Virus record (IMG/VR): IMGVR_UViG_3300048574_000421
DNA from: a virus
Taxonomy: Duplodnaviria; Heunggongvirae; Uroviricota; Caudoviricetes
DNA: 64,000 bases
Direction: 5' to 3' (one strand)
The position numbers were made by a program, and so were the translations under genes. The notes beneath the pieces were generated by a model. It had not been told where the DNA came from and did no database searches. It saw nothing but the letters and a program-made list of their open reading frames with translations. Below are positions 31,201 to 40,418 of this stretch, piece after piece. How positions within the stretch are numbered: the first letter of the stretch is position 1; each line of letters opens with the position of its first letter.

Positions 31201-34200
31201 AGACCAGTAGATCCTTGAAGACCTTGTGCACCTGTAGTCCCTTGGATTCCATTAAGTCCAGTAGTACCCTGATTACCATTTAACCCTGTCAATCCTTGAA
31301 GTCCAGTATCTCCTTGAATGCCTTGTGGTCCTTCAAGACCTGTGTTTCCCTGAATTCCATTTTGACCTGTAGTACCTTGGATTCCAATTAAACCAGTCTC
31401 TCCTTGAGTACCATTTAACCCTGTCAATCCTTGGAGACCTGTGATACCCTGATTACCGTCTAAACCTGTAAAGCCTTGTATGCCAATACCTGTAGATCCT
31501 TGATTTCCTTCAGCACCAGTTGCACCTTGTAAACCATTTAAGCCAGTTGCTCCTTGTTGTCCAGTTTCTCCTTGAATACCTTGATTACCATCAAGACCAT
31601 TTAATCCTGTAGAACCTTGAACTCCTTCAAGTCCAGTAGTTCCTTGATTACCTTGAGCACCTGCTAATCCTGTTTGACCTTGTATACCATCTAAACCTGT
31701 AATACCCTGTAAACCATTTGAACCAGTAACACCTTGAGTTCCATTTTGACCTGTCACACCTTGTGTTCCGTTCAAACCTGTGTTTCCCTGAATTCCTTCT
31801 AACCCAGTTATTCCTTGCAGACCTATTGTTCCAGTTTGGCCTTGTAATCCTGTTAAACCTTGAATTCCAGTAGTACCTTGCAAACCATCTAAACCTGTGC
31901 TTCCTTGTGTTCCCTGTAAACCAGTAGAACCTTGAGTACCAACTAAACCAGTTGTGCCCTGAATTCCTGTACTACCTTGTTCACCTTGAGCTCCTTCTAA
32001 ACCTGTAGCTCCTTGATCACCTTGTAAACCTTGTACTCCAGTAACACCCTGTGTACCATCAAGACCATTTAATCCTGTTAAACCTTGCGATCCAGTACTA
32101 CCTTGTTCTCCCTGTAAACCATTAAGTCCTGTTTGGCCTTGTGTACCTGTCTCACCTTGATTACCAAGTAAACCAGTGACACCTTGTGAACCCGTAACTC
32201 CTTGATTACCATTAAGACCACTTAAACCTGTTTCACCCTGTAGACCAAGTCCTGTAGAGCCCTGAAGTCCTTGTGCTCCTGTTTCACCTTGAAGACCTGT
32301 TACGCCAGAAGTTCCTATAGTTCCTGTACTACCTTGAGAACCTGAAACACCTGTGTTTCCTTGAATTCCAGTAACACCCTGTGTTCCATTTTCTCCTTGC
32401 AAACCAGTAAAACCTTGAAACCCTGTGACACCTTGAGTTCCTTTTACAGCAAGACAAAAGTTTGTTTTAGAATTATCTGAAAAAGAATTGCTATGATTGA
32501 TATAAGTTAAAGAAGGAAATCTAACATAACCTGTTGCGTCTTCAGCATCAGCATTTATAGAATAACTAGCAATTCTTGAAGCATCTTTTTCATCTTGTAT
32601 ATAGATGTAAGAACCTGCTTTACCTAAAAAAAGTAAGAAACTAGAAATATCTACTGCAGAATCATTTAAGTTGTCGACAAATGCTGCTGTAACCAAAGAC
32701 AAATCTGAACTATTAAGTTTAAAATTTCCCGAACCTGGATCAGAATCTGAGGTATTATTAGCAAAACGATATAAAGCACAAGAAGCTGACACACCATCAA
32801 GACCTTGAGTACCTGTAACTCCTTGAATACCTGTGTTTCCTTGTGATCCCTGTAAACCTGTTGAACCTTGAACTCCATCAACTCCTGTAATACCTTGAGT
32901 ACCTTCTACACCAGTTGTTCCTTGTACTCCATTTATCCCAGTGTCACCTTGCAGACCTTGTAAACCCGTAACACCCTGAAGCCCTTGAGAACCTGTATTT
33001 CCTTGAATTCCTGTTGCACCATTTAATCCTGTAAAACCTTGTAATCCTTGTCCAGTTTCGCCTTGAATTCCTGTTATTCCTCTTAATCCTGTCTGTCCTT
33101 GTCCCCCAGAAACTCCTGTTGAACCTTGTAGACCATTTAATCCTGTCAATCCTTGAGAACCAGTGTGACCTTGAACTCCTTCAAGTCCAGTAGTTCCTTG
33201 ATTACCTATTAAACCTGTTTGACCTTGTGTTCCAGTTTGACCTTGTTGTCCCGTAGTACCTTGACTACCACTTAATCCTGTCAAACCTTGTAAACCTGTA
33301 GATCCTTGATCGCCTATCTCGCCTTGTGAACCTATTCCAGTTTGACCTTGTAAACCTGTTGTACCACGCAAACCTGTAACACCTTGTTCTCCTTGATATC
33401 CTGTAGATCCTTGAATACCAGTATTACCTTGACTTCCTGTAGCACCTTGAGGACCATTAAGACCTGTTATACCTTGAAGTCCTGTATTACCCTGTGCACC
33501 AGTCAATCCTTGTACGCCTTGAGAACCAGAAAGACCTGTAGTTCCTTGTTGACCATTTAAACCTGTGAATCCCTGTGAACCTGTAGATCCTTGTAATCCT
33601 GTAATACCTTGGTTACCTATAGTACCCTGTAATCCTGTTTGTCCTTGAAGGCCTGTCTGACCCTGTGAACCTGTGCTACCTTGAAGACCGTCAAAACCTG
33701 TTGTACCTTGTAATCCAGTATTTCCTTGAAGTCCTGTCTCTCCCTGAACTCCAGCAGTGCCTTCTAAACCTGTAACACCTTGTATTCCTGTATCACCATT
33801 TGAACCTTGTAATCCTGTCACTCCCTGCAAACCAGTTGCACCAACACCGGAAAGACCTGTAGTACCCTGAGCACCAGTTTCTCCCTGTTGTCCTTCTAAA
33901 CCTGTTGCACCTTGAGTTCCTGCTTCACCTTGTAGACCTGTCTCTCCTTGTATTCCTGTATCACCATTGTTTCCAGAGACACCAGTTACACCTTGAAGAC
34001 CAGTTTGACCAACTCCAGCAAGTCCTGTAGCTCCTTGAGCTCCAGTAATCCCTTGTAAATTGCCTAAACCAGTAATATTACCAGTGATAGCCAAATTACC
34101 TTCTAAAAATAAATCTCCTGTTACAGTCAAACCACCGTTCAATTGATTGTCAAGAGTCGTTATATTGGCTTTTTGTCTACCACTTGTAAGTATATATCCT

Positions 34201-37200
34201 TCTGTTGTTGTAGCAATGAAAACACCATTACCACTACAATTTGAGTATATAGAAAGGTCAGGTGTTGTCCGTTCTGTCCATGTTATACCATCTGTAGAAG
34301 TCATAATTTTTTTTGTAGAAGTTTGATACGCTGCAGTAGCTACAAAAATACCTTCACCATAACTAATACTTGTTATAGGTTGTGTAAAAGGCACAGTTTG
34401 TACAGACCAGTTTACACCATCAGAAGATGTAAGTAGAGAAGGATCAGAACCTATTTGAACACCACCTGCCATCACAAATTTTCCATTACCATAACATACG
34501 CCAAATATTGAAAGACTTGGCACTGGAGGTGCAACAGTTGTCCATGAAGTTCCTGAAGATGATAAAAACACACGACCATCTACACAAACAATTACAAAAG
34601 TGTTATTCCCGAAACAAGAAGTCGAAGGTGAGTTATCAACAGGTGGAATTAAAGATGTCCAACTGACACCATCATGAGATGTCATAAATCTGTTTCCAGG
34701 TGTATCATATGCTGCTGCTACAAAAATACCATTACCGTAAGATACAGTAACCCAACCTAATGTGTTATCCGATGCAGCTCTACGTGTCCAGTTAATACCA
34801 TCAGATGATGTTAAAACTCTATCATTAACACCATTTGTACTTACAGCAACAAATAATCCGTTACCATAACAAATTCCACCCCAAAAATCATCTCCAGTAA
34901 TATTACGTGAAGTCCAATTAACACCATCAGGTGATGTTAATAAAACATTACCTGAAGATGCTAAAGCAACAAACATGCCATTCCCATAACAACATCTCAC
35001 TAAACTTAAAAGTTGATTTGGAGTTCTTGTTGTCCAAGTTGTGCCTATAGTTGTATCAGCAGAAATACCAAAATATGAAGCAGGAACAGATTTTAAAATG
35101 TTAGAACCTTCTTCTTTTACAATAACACTCCCAGGAGAAGAAGACTCTTGCGTATTTAAGTCTACAGAATCAGTAAAGTAATGTAAACCATTATATTGAT
35201 TAATAGATGAATTTGATTTATCTATAGAAAAGCCACTTGACATAACTCTATTGCCAGTACCACTATTTGCTACAGCTATAAAAGAACCATTACCATAACA
35301 TATTGACGACCAATCATTTGTTGCTGAAGTCTTTATTGACCAAACAATACCATCAGACGATGTCATGACGCGGTCATTTGTTCCTGTATTAGATATAGCA
35401 ATAAAAAGACCATTACCATAACATACAGATTTCCAGTTATTATTTAATGCTGAAGTTCTACTTGTCCAAGTAATACCATCAGGAGAAGTCATTACACGGT
35501 TATTCGTTCCTGTATCAGCAACAGCAACAAACAAGCCATTTCCATAGCACACTGAAGTCCAATTATTGTCTATTGCTGAAGTCCTGATAGTCCAAGTAAA
35601 ACCATCAGGTGATGTCATCACTCTATTACCAGTTCCACTATTAGATACAGCAACAAATAAACCATCACCATAGCATATCGAAGTCCAACTATTATTTGCT
35701 GCTGAAACTCTAGCTGACCAGTTATTACCATCAGGTGAAGTCATTACTCTATTGTTTGAACCATTCCCGCTAGCTACAGCTACAAATAATCCATTCCCAT
35801 AACAAACAGAAGACCAGTTATTATTATTAGTAGCATTTTTTACATACCAAGTCACACCGTCACTTGAAGTTATTACTCTATTTGTTGCACCTGTATTAGC
35901 TAAAGCAACATATAACCCATCACCATAACAAACAGCGATGTAATTGTTATCAAGAATGTTGTTTCTTGTATACCATGTACAACCATCATGAGAAGTCATT
36001 ATTCTATTAAGACTTCCTGATGTAGCTACAGCAACAAAAAGATCTTTACCATAGCATACTGAAGACCAGTTGTTATCTGCAGCACTAGTTTTACTTTCCC
36101 AATTAATTCCTGATATTATATCTACACCTGCAACTTCAAGATTCCCAAACATTTTAACATCGTTATTAACAAACTTATGTGTATGTTTTTCTTGTTCATA
36201 TGCTTCTTCTAAATCACCGGATGTCATGACAGGAGAATAAGCACCACTACTTGCTACAGCCACAAATAATCCATTACCATAACAAACAGAACGCCACGTG
36301 TTATATTCTCTCAAATATCTTATAGTCCAAGTAATACCATCAGGAGATGTCATCACACCATCACATTTACCTCCAGATGAAAGCTGTGCAACAGCTACAA
36401 ACAATCCTTTACCATAACAAACGCAAGTCCAATAGTTATCTACGGGAGTATATCTTGAAGTCCAAGTGATACCATCAGGTGAAGTCATCACACTATTATT
36501 TGTCCCTGTAGCAGACACTGCTACGAACAATCCCTTTGCATAACAAACACTAAGCCATTGATTAGGAGATGCTGGTGTTCTACTTGTCCAAGTAATACCA
36601 TCAGGAGACGTCATCACACTTCCCTCTGCAGATACTGCTACAAATAAACCATTACCATAACAGAGTCCCCACCAGCTGTTATCAGCTGCAGAAGTTCTAC
36701 TTGTCCAAGTAATACCGTCAGGTGAAGTCATCACACGATTATTTGTTCCTGTTTGTGCAACAGCTACAAACAAGCCATTACCATAACATACAGACACCCA
36801 CCCATTGCTTGAAGCAGGAACTCTACTTGTCCAAGTAATACCATCAGGAGATGTCATCACAGAGCCTGGTGAGACAGCAACAAATAATCCATTACCATAA
36901 CATACTGCTATCCATGCAGTATCAATAGCAGGTGTTCTGCTTGTCCAGTTTATACCATCAGGTGAAGTCATTACTTGATTATTCGACCCACTAACTGAAA
37001 CAGATACAAACAAACCATTACCATAACAGACACCAAACCAAGCATTGTTTGATGCTGCAGATCTTTTTGTCCAAGTTACTCCAGCATTGGTTGAAACACC
37101 TGATACATATAAATCATTTGTTATTGTTACTTCATTATTAATAAATCTGTGTGAATGTTGCTCTTGTTCATACATTTCTATTATTCTACCTGATGTCATT

Positions 37201-38555
37201 ATTCTGCCCATATACTCGACTGCAACAAAGACACCGTTCCCGTAACATACTGATGTCCAGTAACCTTGTAAAAGTTGTGTTTTTAATGTCCAAGTAACAC
37301 CATCATTTGAAATCATCACAACATAATCTTCATCAGTAAATGCTACGACAACAAACATCCCATTACCATAACACACAGTTTGCCAACCTGCAATAAAAGA
37401 TGATGTAAGTGGAGTTATAGCTGTCCATGTAATACCATCAGAAGAATACATAAATGAATTACTATAAGTATTGTTTGCTACAGCAACAAAAACACCATTT
37501 CCATAACACACAGAAGACCAAGCATTATTATTAGGACTTGTTCTAATTGTCCAAGTGACACCATCAGGAGATGTCATTATTCTATTATTTGTCCCTGACC
37601 TTGCAACTGCAACAAACAAGCCATTTCCATAACACACACATTGCCAATCATTGTCAGCTGCACTAGCTCTAATTGTCCAGTTGATACCATCAGGAGATGT
37701 CATCACACGATTTCCAGTTCCACTCCATGCAACAGCAACAAATAATCCATTACCATAACAAATTCCAAGCCAATTATTATTTGCTGGTGCTATTCTAGTG
37801 GTCCAATTGATACCATCAGGTGATGTCATTATTCTATCGCCAGTTCCACTCCATGCAACAGCAACAAATAGACCATTACCAAAACACACACAAGTCCAAG
37901 ATTGATCTGATGGTGTAGATCTATACGTCCAATTAACACCATCAGGGGATGTCATTACAGAAGTATTTGTTTCACTAGCAGATAATGCTACGAAAGTGCC
38001 ATTCCCATAACAAACACTCATCATCATCTCATTATAAGTGCTTGATGATATTGACCAAGATTCTCCAGCTGCAGGTTGAACAATACCTGATTTTCCTGTA
38101 GCTCCTATATATCGGTAACCAGTTATTTTAAAAGGTTTAGCAAAAGCAGATGTAGAACCGTTAAAAGTTAATATACCAGTTTGATAATCAAAAATCCAAG
38201 ATGATGCGTCTGTAGGGAATATCTCTGTGTTATTATTTTGAAAAAGTCTTATTTTATATGCTGTACCATATTTATCGCTTATCCAGTTTTTAAGACGAAC
38301 ACCACCGCTATAAGCATAATAACATTGTTGATTTGCAACAGAAGTGTCTTCAGTTAAAGTAAAAAGCGTATAATCTTGAGCTACATTCATTTTTGTAGCT
38401 TCAAAGGGAGTAGGGTCAATATTATCTGTCCACACTTCATTAATATTAATGTTTACAGTATTATCACCAATCTCTTCATAAAACCCTTTAGTGCTACTTG
38501 TTGTTCTTTTATTAATCAACGTCTTAAAAGATCGATCTTCTTTTGACCAAGCCAC
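25215..38555 (-). CDS. Giant (4446 aa) fibre/adhesin: nine 7-bladed beta-propellers plus two collagen segments
   Basis: 63 copies of a ~43-aa repeat (W..VCYGNGLFVAV...RVMTSPDGITWT, Asp-box-like) in groups of 7; collagen at approx. 30310-32445 and 32780-34060; GTG start with AAGGAG RBS. Confidence 0.9.
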   Translation of the reverse strand: MAWSKEDRSFKTLINKRTTSSTKGFYEEIGDNTVNININEVWTDNIDPTPFEATKMNVAQDYTLFTLTEDTSVANQQCYYAYSGGVRLKNWISDKYGTAYKIRLFQNNNTEIFPTDASSWIFDYQTGILTFNGSTSAFAKPFKITGYRYIGATGKSGIVQPAAGESWSISSSTYNEMMMSVCYGNGTFVALSASETNTSVMTSPDGVNWTYRSTPSDQSWTCVCFGNGLFVAVAWSGTGDRIMTSPDGINWTTRIAPANNNWLGICYGNGLFVAVAWSGTGNRVMTSPDGINWTIRASAADNDWQCVCYGNGLFVAVARSGTNNRIMTSPDGVTWTIRTSPNNNAWSSVCYGNGVFVAVANNTYSNSFMYSSDGITWTAITPLTSSFIAGWQTVCYGNGMFVVVAFTDEDYVVMISNDGVTWTLKTQLLQGYWTSVCYGNGVFVAVEYMGRIMTSGRIIEMYEQEQHSHRFINNEVTITNDLYVSGVSTNAGVTWTKRSAASNNAWFGVCYGNGLFVSVSVSGSNNQVMTSPDGINWTSRTPAIDTAWIAVCYGNGLFVAVSPGSVMTSPDGITWTSRVPASSNGWVSVCYGNGLFVAVAQTGTNNRVMTSPDGITWTSRTSAADNSWWGLCYGNGLFVAVSAEGSVMTSPDGITWTSRTPASPNQWLSVCYAKGLFVAVSATGTNNSVMTSPDGITWTSRYTPVDNYWTCVCYGKGLFVAVAQLSSGGKCDGVMTSPDGITWTIRYLREYNTWRSVCYGNGLFVAVASSGAYSPVMTSGDLEEAYEQEKHTHKFVNNDVKMFGNLEVAGVDIISGINWESKTSAADNNWSSVCYGKDLFVAVATSGSLNRIMTSHDGCTWYTRNNILDNNYIAVCYGDGLYVALANTGATNRVITSSDGVTWYVKNATNNNNWSSVCYGNGLFVAVASGNGSNNRVMTSPDGNNWSARVSAANNSWTSICYGDGLFVAVSNSGTGNRVMTSPDGFTWTIRTSAIDNNWTSVCYGNGLFVAVADTGTNNRVMTSPDGITWTSRTSALNNNWKSVCYGNGLFIAISNTGTNDRVMTSSDGIVWSIKTSATNDWSSICYGNGSFIAVANSGTGNRVMSSGFSIDKSNSSINQYNGLHYFTDSVDLNTQESSSPGSVIVKEEGSNILKSVPASYFGISADTTIGTTWTTRTPNQLLSLVRCCYGNGMFVALASSGNVLLTSPDGVNWTSRNITGDDFWGGICYGNGLFVAVSTNGVNDRVLTSSDGINWTRRAASDNTLGWVTVSYGNGIFVAAAYDTPGNRFMTSHDGVSWTSLIPPVDNSPSTSCFGNNTFVIVCVDGRVFLSSSGTSWTTVAPPVPSLSIFGVCYGNGKFVMAGGVQIGSDPSLLTSSDGVNWSVQTVPFTQPITSISYGEGIFVATAAYQTSTKKIMTSTDGITWTERTTPDLSIYSNCSGNGVFIATTTEGYILTSGRQKANITTLDNQLNGGLTVTGDLFLEGNLAITGNITGLGNLQGITGAQGATGLAGVGQTGLQGVTGVSGNNGDTGIQGETGLQGEAGTQGATGLEGQQGETGAQGTTGLSGVGATGLQGVTGLQGSNGDTGIQGVTGLEGTAGVQGETGLQGNTGLQGTTGFDGLQGSTGSQGQTGLQGQTGLQGTIGNQGITGLQGSTGSQGFTGLNGQQGTTGLSGSQGVQGLTGAQGNTGLQGITGLNGPQGATGSQGNTGIQGSTGYQGEQGVTGLRGTTGLQGQTGIGSQGEIGDQGSTGLQGLTGLSGSQGTTGQQGQTGTQGQTGLIGNQGTTGLEGVQGHTGSQGLTGLNGLQGSTGVSGGQGQTGLRGITGIQGETGQGLQGFTGLNGATGIQGNTGSQGLQGVTGLQGLQGDTGINGVQGTTGVEGTQGITGVDGVQGSTGLQGSQGNTGIQGVTGTQGLDGVSASCALYRFANNTSDSDPGSGNFKLNSSDLSLVTAAFVDNLNDSAVDISSFLLFLGKAGSYIYIQDEKDASRIASYSINADAEDATGYVRFPSLTYINHSNSFSDNSKTNFCLAVKGTQGVTGFQGFTGLQGENGTQGVTGIQGNTGVSGSQGSTGTIGTSGVTGLQGETGAQGLQGSTGLGLQGETGLSGLNGNQGVTGSQGVTGLLGNQGETGTQGQTGLNGLQGEQGSTGSQGLTGLNGLDGTQGVTGVQGLQGDQGATGLEGAQGEQGSTGIQGTTGLVGTQGSTGLQGTQGSTGLDGLQGTTGIQGLTGLQGQTGTIGLQGITGLEGIQGNTGLNGTQGVTGQNGTQGVTGSNGLQGITGLDGIQGQTGLAGAQGNQGTTGLEGVQGSTGLNGLDGNQGIQGETGQQGATGLNGLQGATGAEGNQGSTGIGIQGFTGLDGNQGITGLQGLTGLNGTQGETGLIGIQGTTGQNGIQGNTGLEGPQGIQGDTGLQGLTGLNGNQGTTGLNGIQGTTGAQGLQGSTGLQGITGLEGQQGITGIEGLQGATGAQGTAGSQGLTGLEGLQGVTGVQGTTGLAGEQGFTGLEGSQGQTGTQGVTGSQGLQGSTGLNGSQGVTGSQGTTGYGIQGQTGIQGITGLNGTQGITGIQGVTGIQGTGTQGITGLRGFTGFQGVTGPTGGQQGVTGLQGTTGSQGITGLSITGQTGVQGITGEQGFTGLAITGETGLQGITGLRGTTGIQGVTGPFGGPQGATGLRGSTGVQGVTGQGITGPQGFTGLFGITGVRGFTGLQGTTGPSGGPQGATGLQGVTGPSGGQQGATGVGNVIAGYDWVSRTTPTNNFYGLCYGNGLFVATSNSGTGNRVMTSPDGVNWTSRTSAADNSWGSVCYGNGLFVSVASTSSPPNKAMTSPDGINWTARATPTDNNWYKVCYGNGLFVAVAASGTGNRVMTSPDGITWTIGTTPADYPWVSVCYGNGLFVAVANGTGVPNRVMTSPDGITWTLRTTPVDNAWIDVCYGNGLFVSVANSGTGNRVMTSPNGIDWTIRTSPVDNQWLGVCYGNGLFVSVAQTGSGNRVMISSDGINWTTRTTTVANNWYAVCYGNGMFVAVSFSGTNDKVMTSGFIEEIDEQYDHTHNFINNDLNVRGSLNVSDLEVVPGIEWTLRDSSVDADWSKVCYGNGLFVAVAYQGTGTNNRIMTSPDGVNWTTRYNPVDIGWYAVCYGNGLFVAVSYTGTGNQVMTSPDGITWTNRTSAASNQWYNICYGNGLFVAVAISGTGNRVMTSPDGIVWTTRTSAANNSWAGLCYGNGLFVAVAATGTNNRVMTSSDGITWTIQTTLVDNNWQAVCYGKGLFVAVASSGTNNRIMTSPDGINWTVRTTPIDVAFYSICYGDGMFVAVAYSGTGSRVMTSPDGINWTSRITAADLLWYGACYGNGMFVAVAGSGTTGRVMTSGFVKQIDVEDNHSHSIFNNDVDIEGDLVVSGKNVTLSGTGWTSRTTPVDNSWYGVCYGNGLFVATSITGTGNRVMTSPDGANWTSRTSAADNNWYKVCYGNGLFVAVSNSGTGNRVMTSPDGIVWTSRSSAADNYWFSVCHGNGLFVAVSYTGTLNRVMTSPNGIDWTLRTTPVDNSWVGVCYGNGLFVAVSETGTNNRVMTSPDGINWTIQTTPVDNSWISVCYGDGLFVAVSYSGTSNRVMTSPNGVDWTIRTTPVDNNWYNVCYGEGLFVAIAYSGVGNRVMTSPDGITWTIRRSAVDNGWVNVCYGNGCFVAVSYTGTGNRAMTSGAVKTIDEQNKHSHKLINNDLDITGSLTVSNIDMMPGIKWTTRASIVDNQWLGVCYGNGIFVAVASVDGLDNRILTSSDGVNWTIRTNPVNNEWISVCYGNGLFVAVSYTGTGNRVMTSPDGITWTSRTSAANNDWTSICYGEGLFVAVAYSGTGNRVMTSPDGITWTLRTSAANNDWFAVCYGNGLFVATSITGTNSRVMTSPDGITWTIRTSAADNNWRGLCYGNGLFVAVSTSGVKNRVMTSPDGITWTSRVSAADNSWASVCYGKGMYVAVAYSGTGNRVMTSPDGITWSLRTSAANNNWRGVCYGRGMFVAVAYSGTGDRVMTSGAMDVLEEQTNHNHDLMIGSQNIVGTQTVSGLQNITGIQTITGTQNITGSMNFSGLKVNPAHDWVTRTSAADNLWYGVCYGNGLFVAVASSSTSNRVMTSSDGVNWTIRTSAADNNWYDVCYGNGVFVAVAHSGASNRTMISYDGISWSLVTPAAANQWDGVCYGNGLFVAVSSNGTGNRVMTSPDGITWTSRTNPVDNNWYKVCYGNGLFVAVALTGTGNRVMTSPDGITWTIQTSAADNDWYDICYGNGLFVAIAYNGTDRVMTSPDGITWTSRSAAVNNQWVSVCYGNGLFVAVSNSGTSNRVMTSPDGITWTSKTSVIDNSWASICYENGIFVAVGYSGTNTRVMTSGYLKTLDTQNNHTHNIINNTLTIRGNMFLSGIKTGTSQANAGAVAGEVWLNTSDQSLRVGV

Positions 38556-38573
38556 TTTATATCTCCTTAAAAA

Positions 38574-40418
38574 TTATGTTCCAGACACTTGCATTCTTGA
38601 AGCTTTACCCGTAGATGTATTTCTCAATGTAACTCTCATAAAAACAACGCCACTAGAATTAGTAGATGTCATAGTTCCAAAAGACATATTCAAAGTGCTT
38701 CCAGAAGATGAACCTAATCTACATCCATTACCATCACCAAAAGCTCTACCTGCATCTAACCAATTACTTTCGCCTGGCAATCTTACTTCAAAATTAAGAC
38801 TACCAGAACCAACTGCTGATATTGCTGTATAAAGTATACCAGTAAAAACGATACTCATACTTGAGTGTGCTACTCCAATGTTAGCAGCCCAAACACCTAC
38901 TTGATTACCACTGAAAGTACTGTAATTGTTTCCTGATTGAGCAGGCAAATATCCTGAAGTAAAGTTAATATTTGGATAATCCCATACTGAATTATAAAGC
39001 ATAAGATTTCCGTTCGAAAGCGCCAATGAACTGTTCCAATTACCTGTAGGATTACTATAATTCACTGGAATAACTGAAAAGTCTGTAGAAAGCAACCATC
39101 TGTAATTTTCATCAAACATATAGATATTTCCATTAGTACTATATGTAGACGAATAAGTGTTAATCAATCTATTTTCTGTACTTGATGTCGATGTTGCAGT
39201 TTTTGTCGATGGTTTTCTAGCAGTCACACTAAGTGTTGCATTTATACTATAAACATTACTTACTGATATTGCAACACCAGATACGCTCAAATTAAAAGCT
39301 GCATTATATGCAAATGAACTACCATCTATAGGTACATCTACAGAAGATATTCCTGACATAACATAAGAAACTGGATTTGTAGGTCTTATAGCTTTATTAG
39401 CTAAATTTGTTATAGTACATGAAACGTTAAAAGTATCACCATTTGAATAATATCTTATTCCTGATAAATATCTTGTACTTGATAAAGTGTTTTGAACTAC
39501 AGTAGCACCTGTAGAAAAAACTGGTGTAGGATCTTGGTCGTCATACCATACTTTTGTTATTGATGTTACTTGATTGACGCTCGTTGAAAGATATCTCATT
39601 GTATGATATTTGTAACCTTCTGTTACTTGATTGTAATTTATTCGAGCATTTGCTTTTCGCCAAATTGTATTGTAAGTAGCAACAGATAAAATTTCAATTG
39701 TATTTGTGACTCCAACACCAAGCGTAACATCTCTACTTGATAATAACACGCCATCTTCAAAATGTTGTACCGCTCCTTCATCACCACTAAATGTAGAACC
39801 AACTTTAAAGTCAGTAGACGTGTTAGGACTAGATAAATTATATGTTCCATCAATAACATAGTCAGTTATAGAATCACCTGCAACTTTTCCATCTTGATAC
39901 CATGAAGATGCTAATCCTGTAGGTAATATTGCATTGAATTTTGTTGTGTTAGATAATACAAGTGAGCCAGATAAAGCATTAGGTGGTGCAGGAGATATAG
40001 CTAACAACAATTTGTTTGTATCATCAAGAGCATTTGCTGTTATTGTTTCTGATTCCCATGCAAAGATACCACCTGTATAACCTACACCTAAAGGCAAATC
40101 ATTAGCAGAACTTACACCAGCAGCTCCTGTTACACCTTGTATTCCTGTATATCCAAAACCAGCTTGGCCTGTTATGCCTTGCAATCCTGTTGTACCCTGT
40201 AGCCCAGTTTCGCCTTGGATACCTGTACTACCTTGATTACCTATAAAGCCCTGCAACCCAGTGGCTCCTGAGGCACCCGTCTGTCCCGAGAGACCTGTTA
40301 TGCCTTGAAGACCGTTTAAACCTGTAGCTCCTTGAATGCCTTCTAAGCCTGTTATACCCTGTAGACCAGTTGCACCATTACCAGAGCCACCAAAATTTGT
40401 TCTTAAAAAACGTGACAT
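38574..40418 (-). CDS. Virion structural protein with a short N-terminal collagen segment
   Basis: About 85 aa GxT/GxQ followed by Ser/Thr-rich beta domains. Confidence 0.75.
   Translation of the reverse strand: MSRFLRTNFGGSGNGATGLQGITGLEGIQGATGLNGLQGITGLSGQTGASGATGLQGFIGNQGSTGIQGETGLQGTTGLQGITGQAGFGYTGIQGVTGAAGVSSANDLPLGVGYTGGIFAWESETITANALDDTNKLLLAISPAPPNALSGSLVLSNTTKFNAILPTGLASSWYQDGKVAGDSITDYVIDGTYNLSSPNTSTDFKVGSTFSGDEGAVQHFEDGVLLSSRDVTLGVGVTNTIEILSVATYNTIWRKANARINYNQVTEGYKYHTMRYLSTSVNQVTSITKVWYDDQDPTPVFSTGATVVQNTLSSTRYLSGIRYYSNGDTFNVSCTITNLANKAIRPTNPVSYVMSGISSVDVPIDGSSFAYNAAFNLSVSGVAISVSNVYSINATLSVTARKPSTKTATSTSSTENRLINTYSSTYSTNGNIYMFDENYRWLLSTDFSVIPVNYSNPTGNWNSSLALSNGNLMLYNSVWDYPNINFTSGYLPAQSGNNYSTFSGNQVGVWAANIGVAHSSMSIVFTGILYTAISAVGSGSLNFEVRLPGESNWLDAGRAFGDGNGCRLGSSSGSTLNMSFGTMTSTNSSGVVFMRVTLRNTSTGKASRMQVSGT

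Noticed and set aside
25215-38100. Regularly spaced near-identical DNA repeats (e.g. gtccaagtaataccatcaggagatgtcat) resembling a CRISPR array
   Set aside because: They are in-frame coding repeats of ~129-nt period encoding propeller blades; the 'spacers' are homologous to each other and no cas genes are present
25215-38555. Diversity-generating retroelement acting on the propeller repeats
   Set aside because: No reverse transcriptase and no non-coding template repeat in the window; I could not show adenine-specific differences
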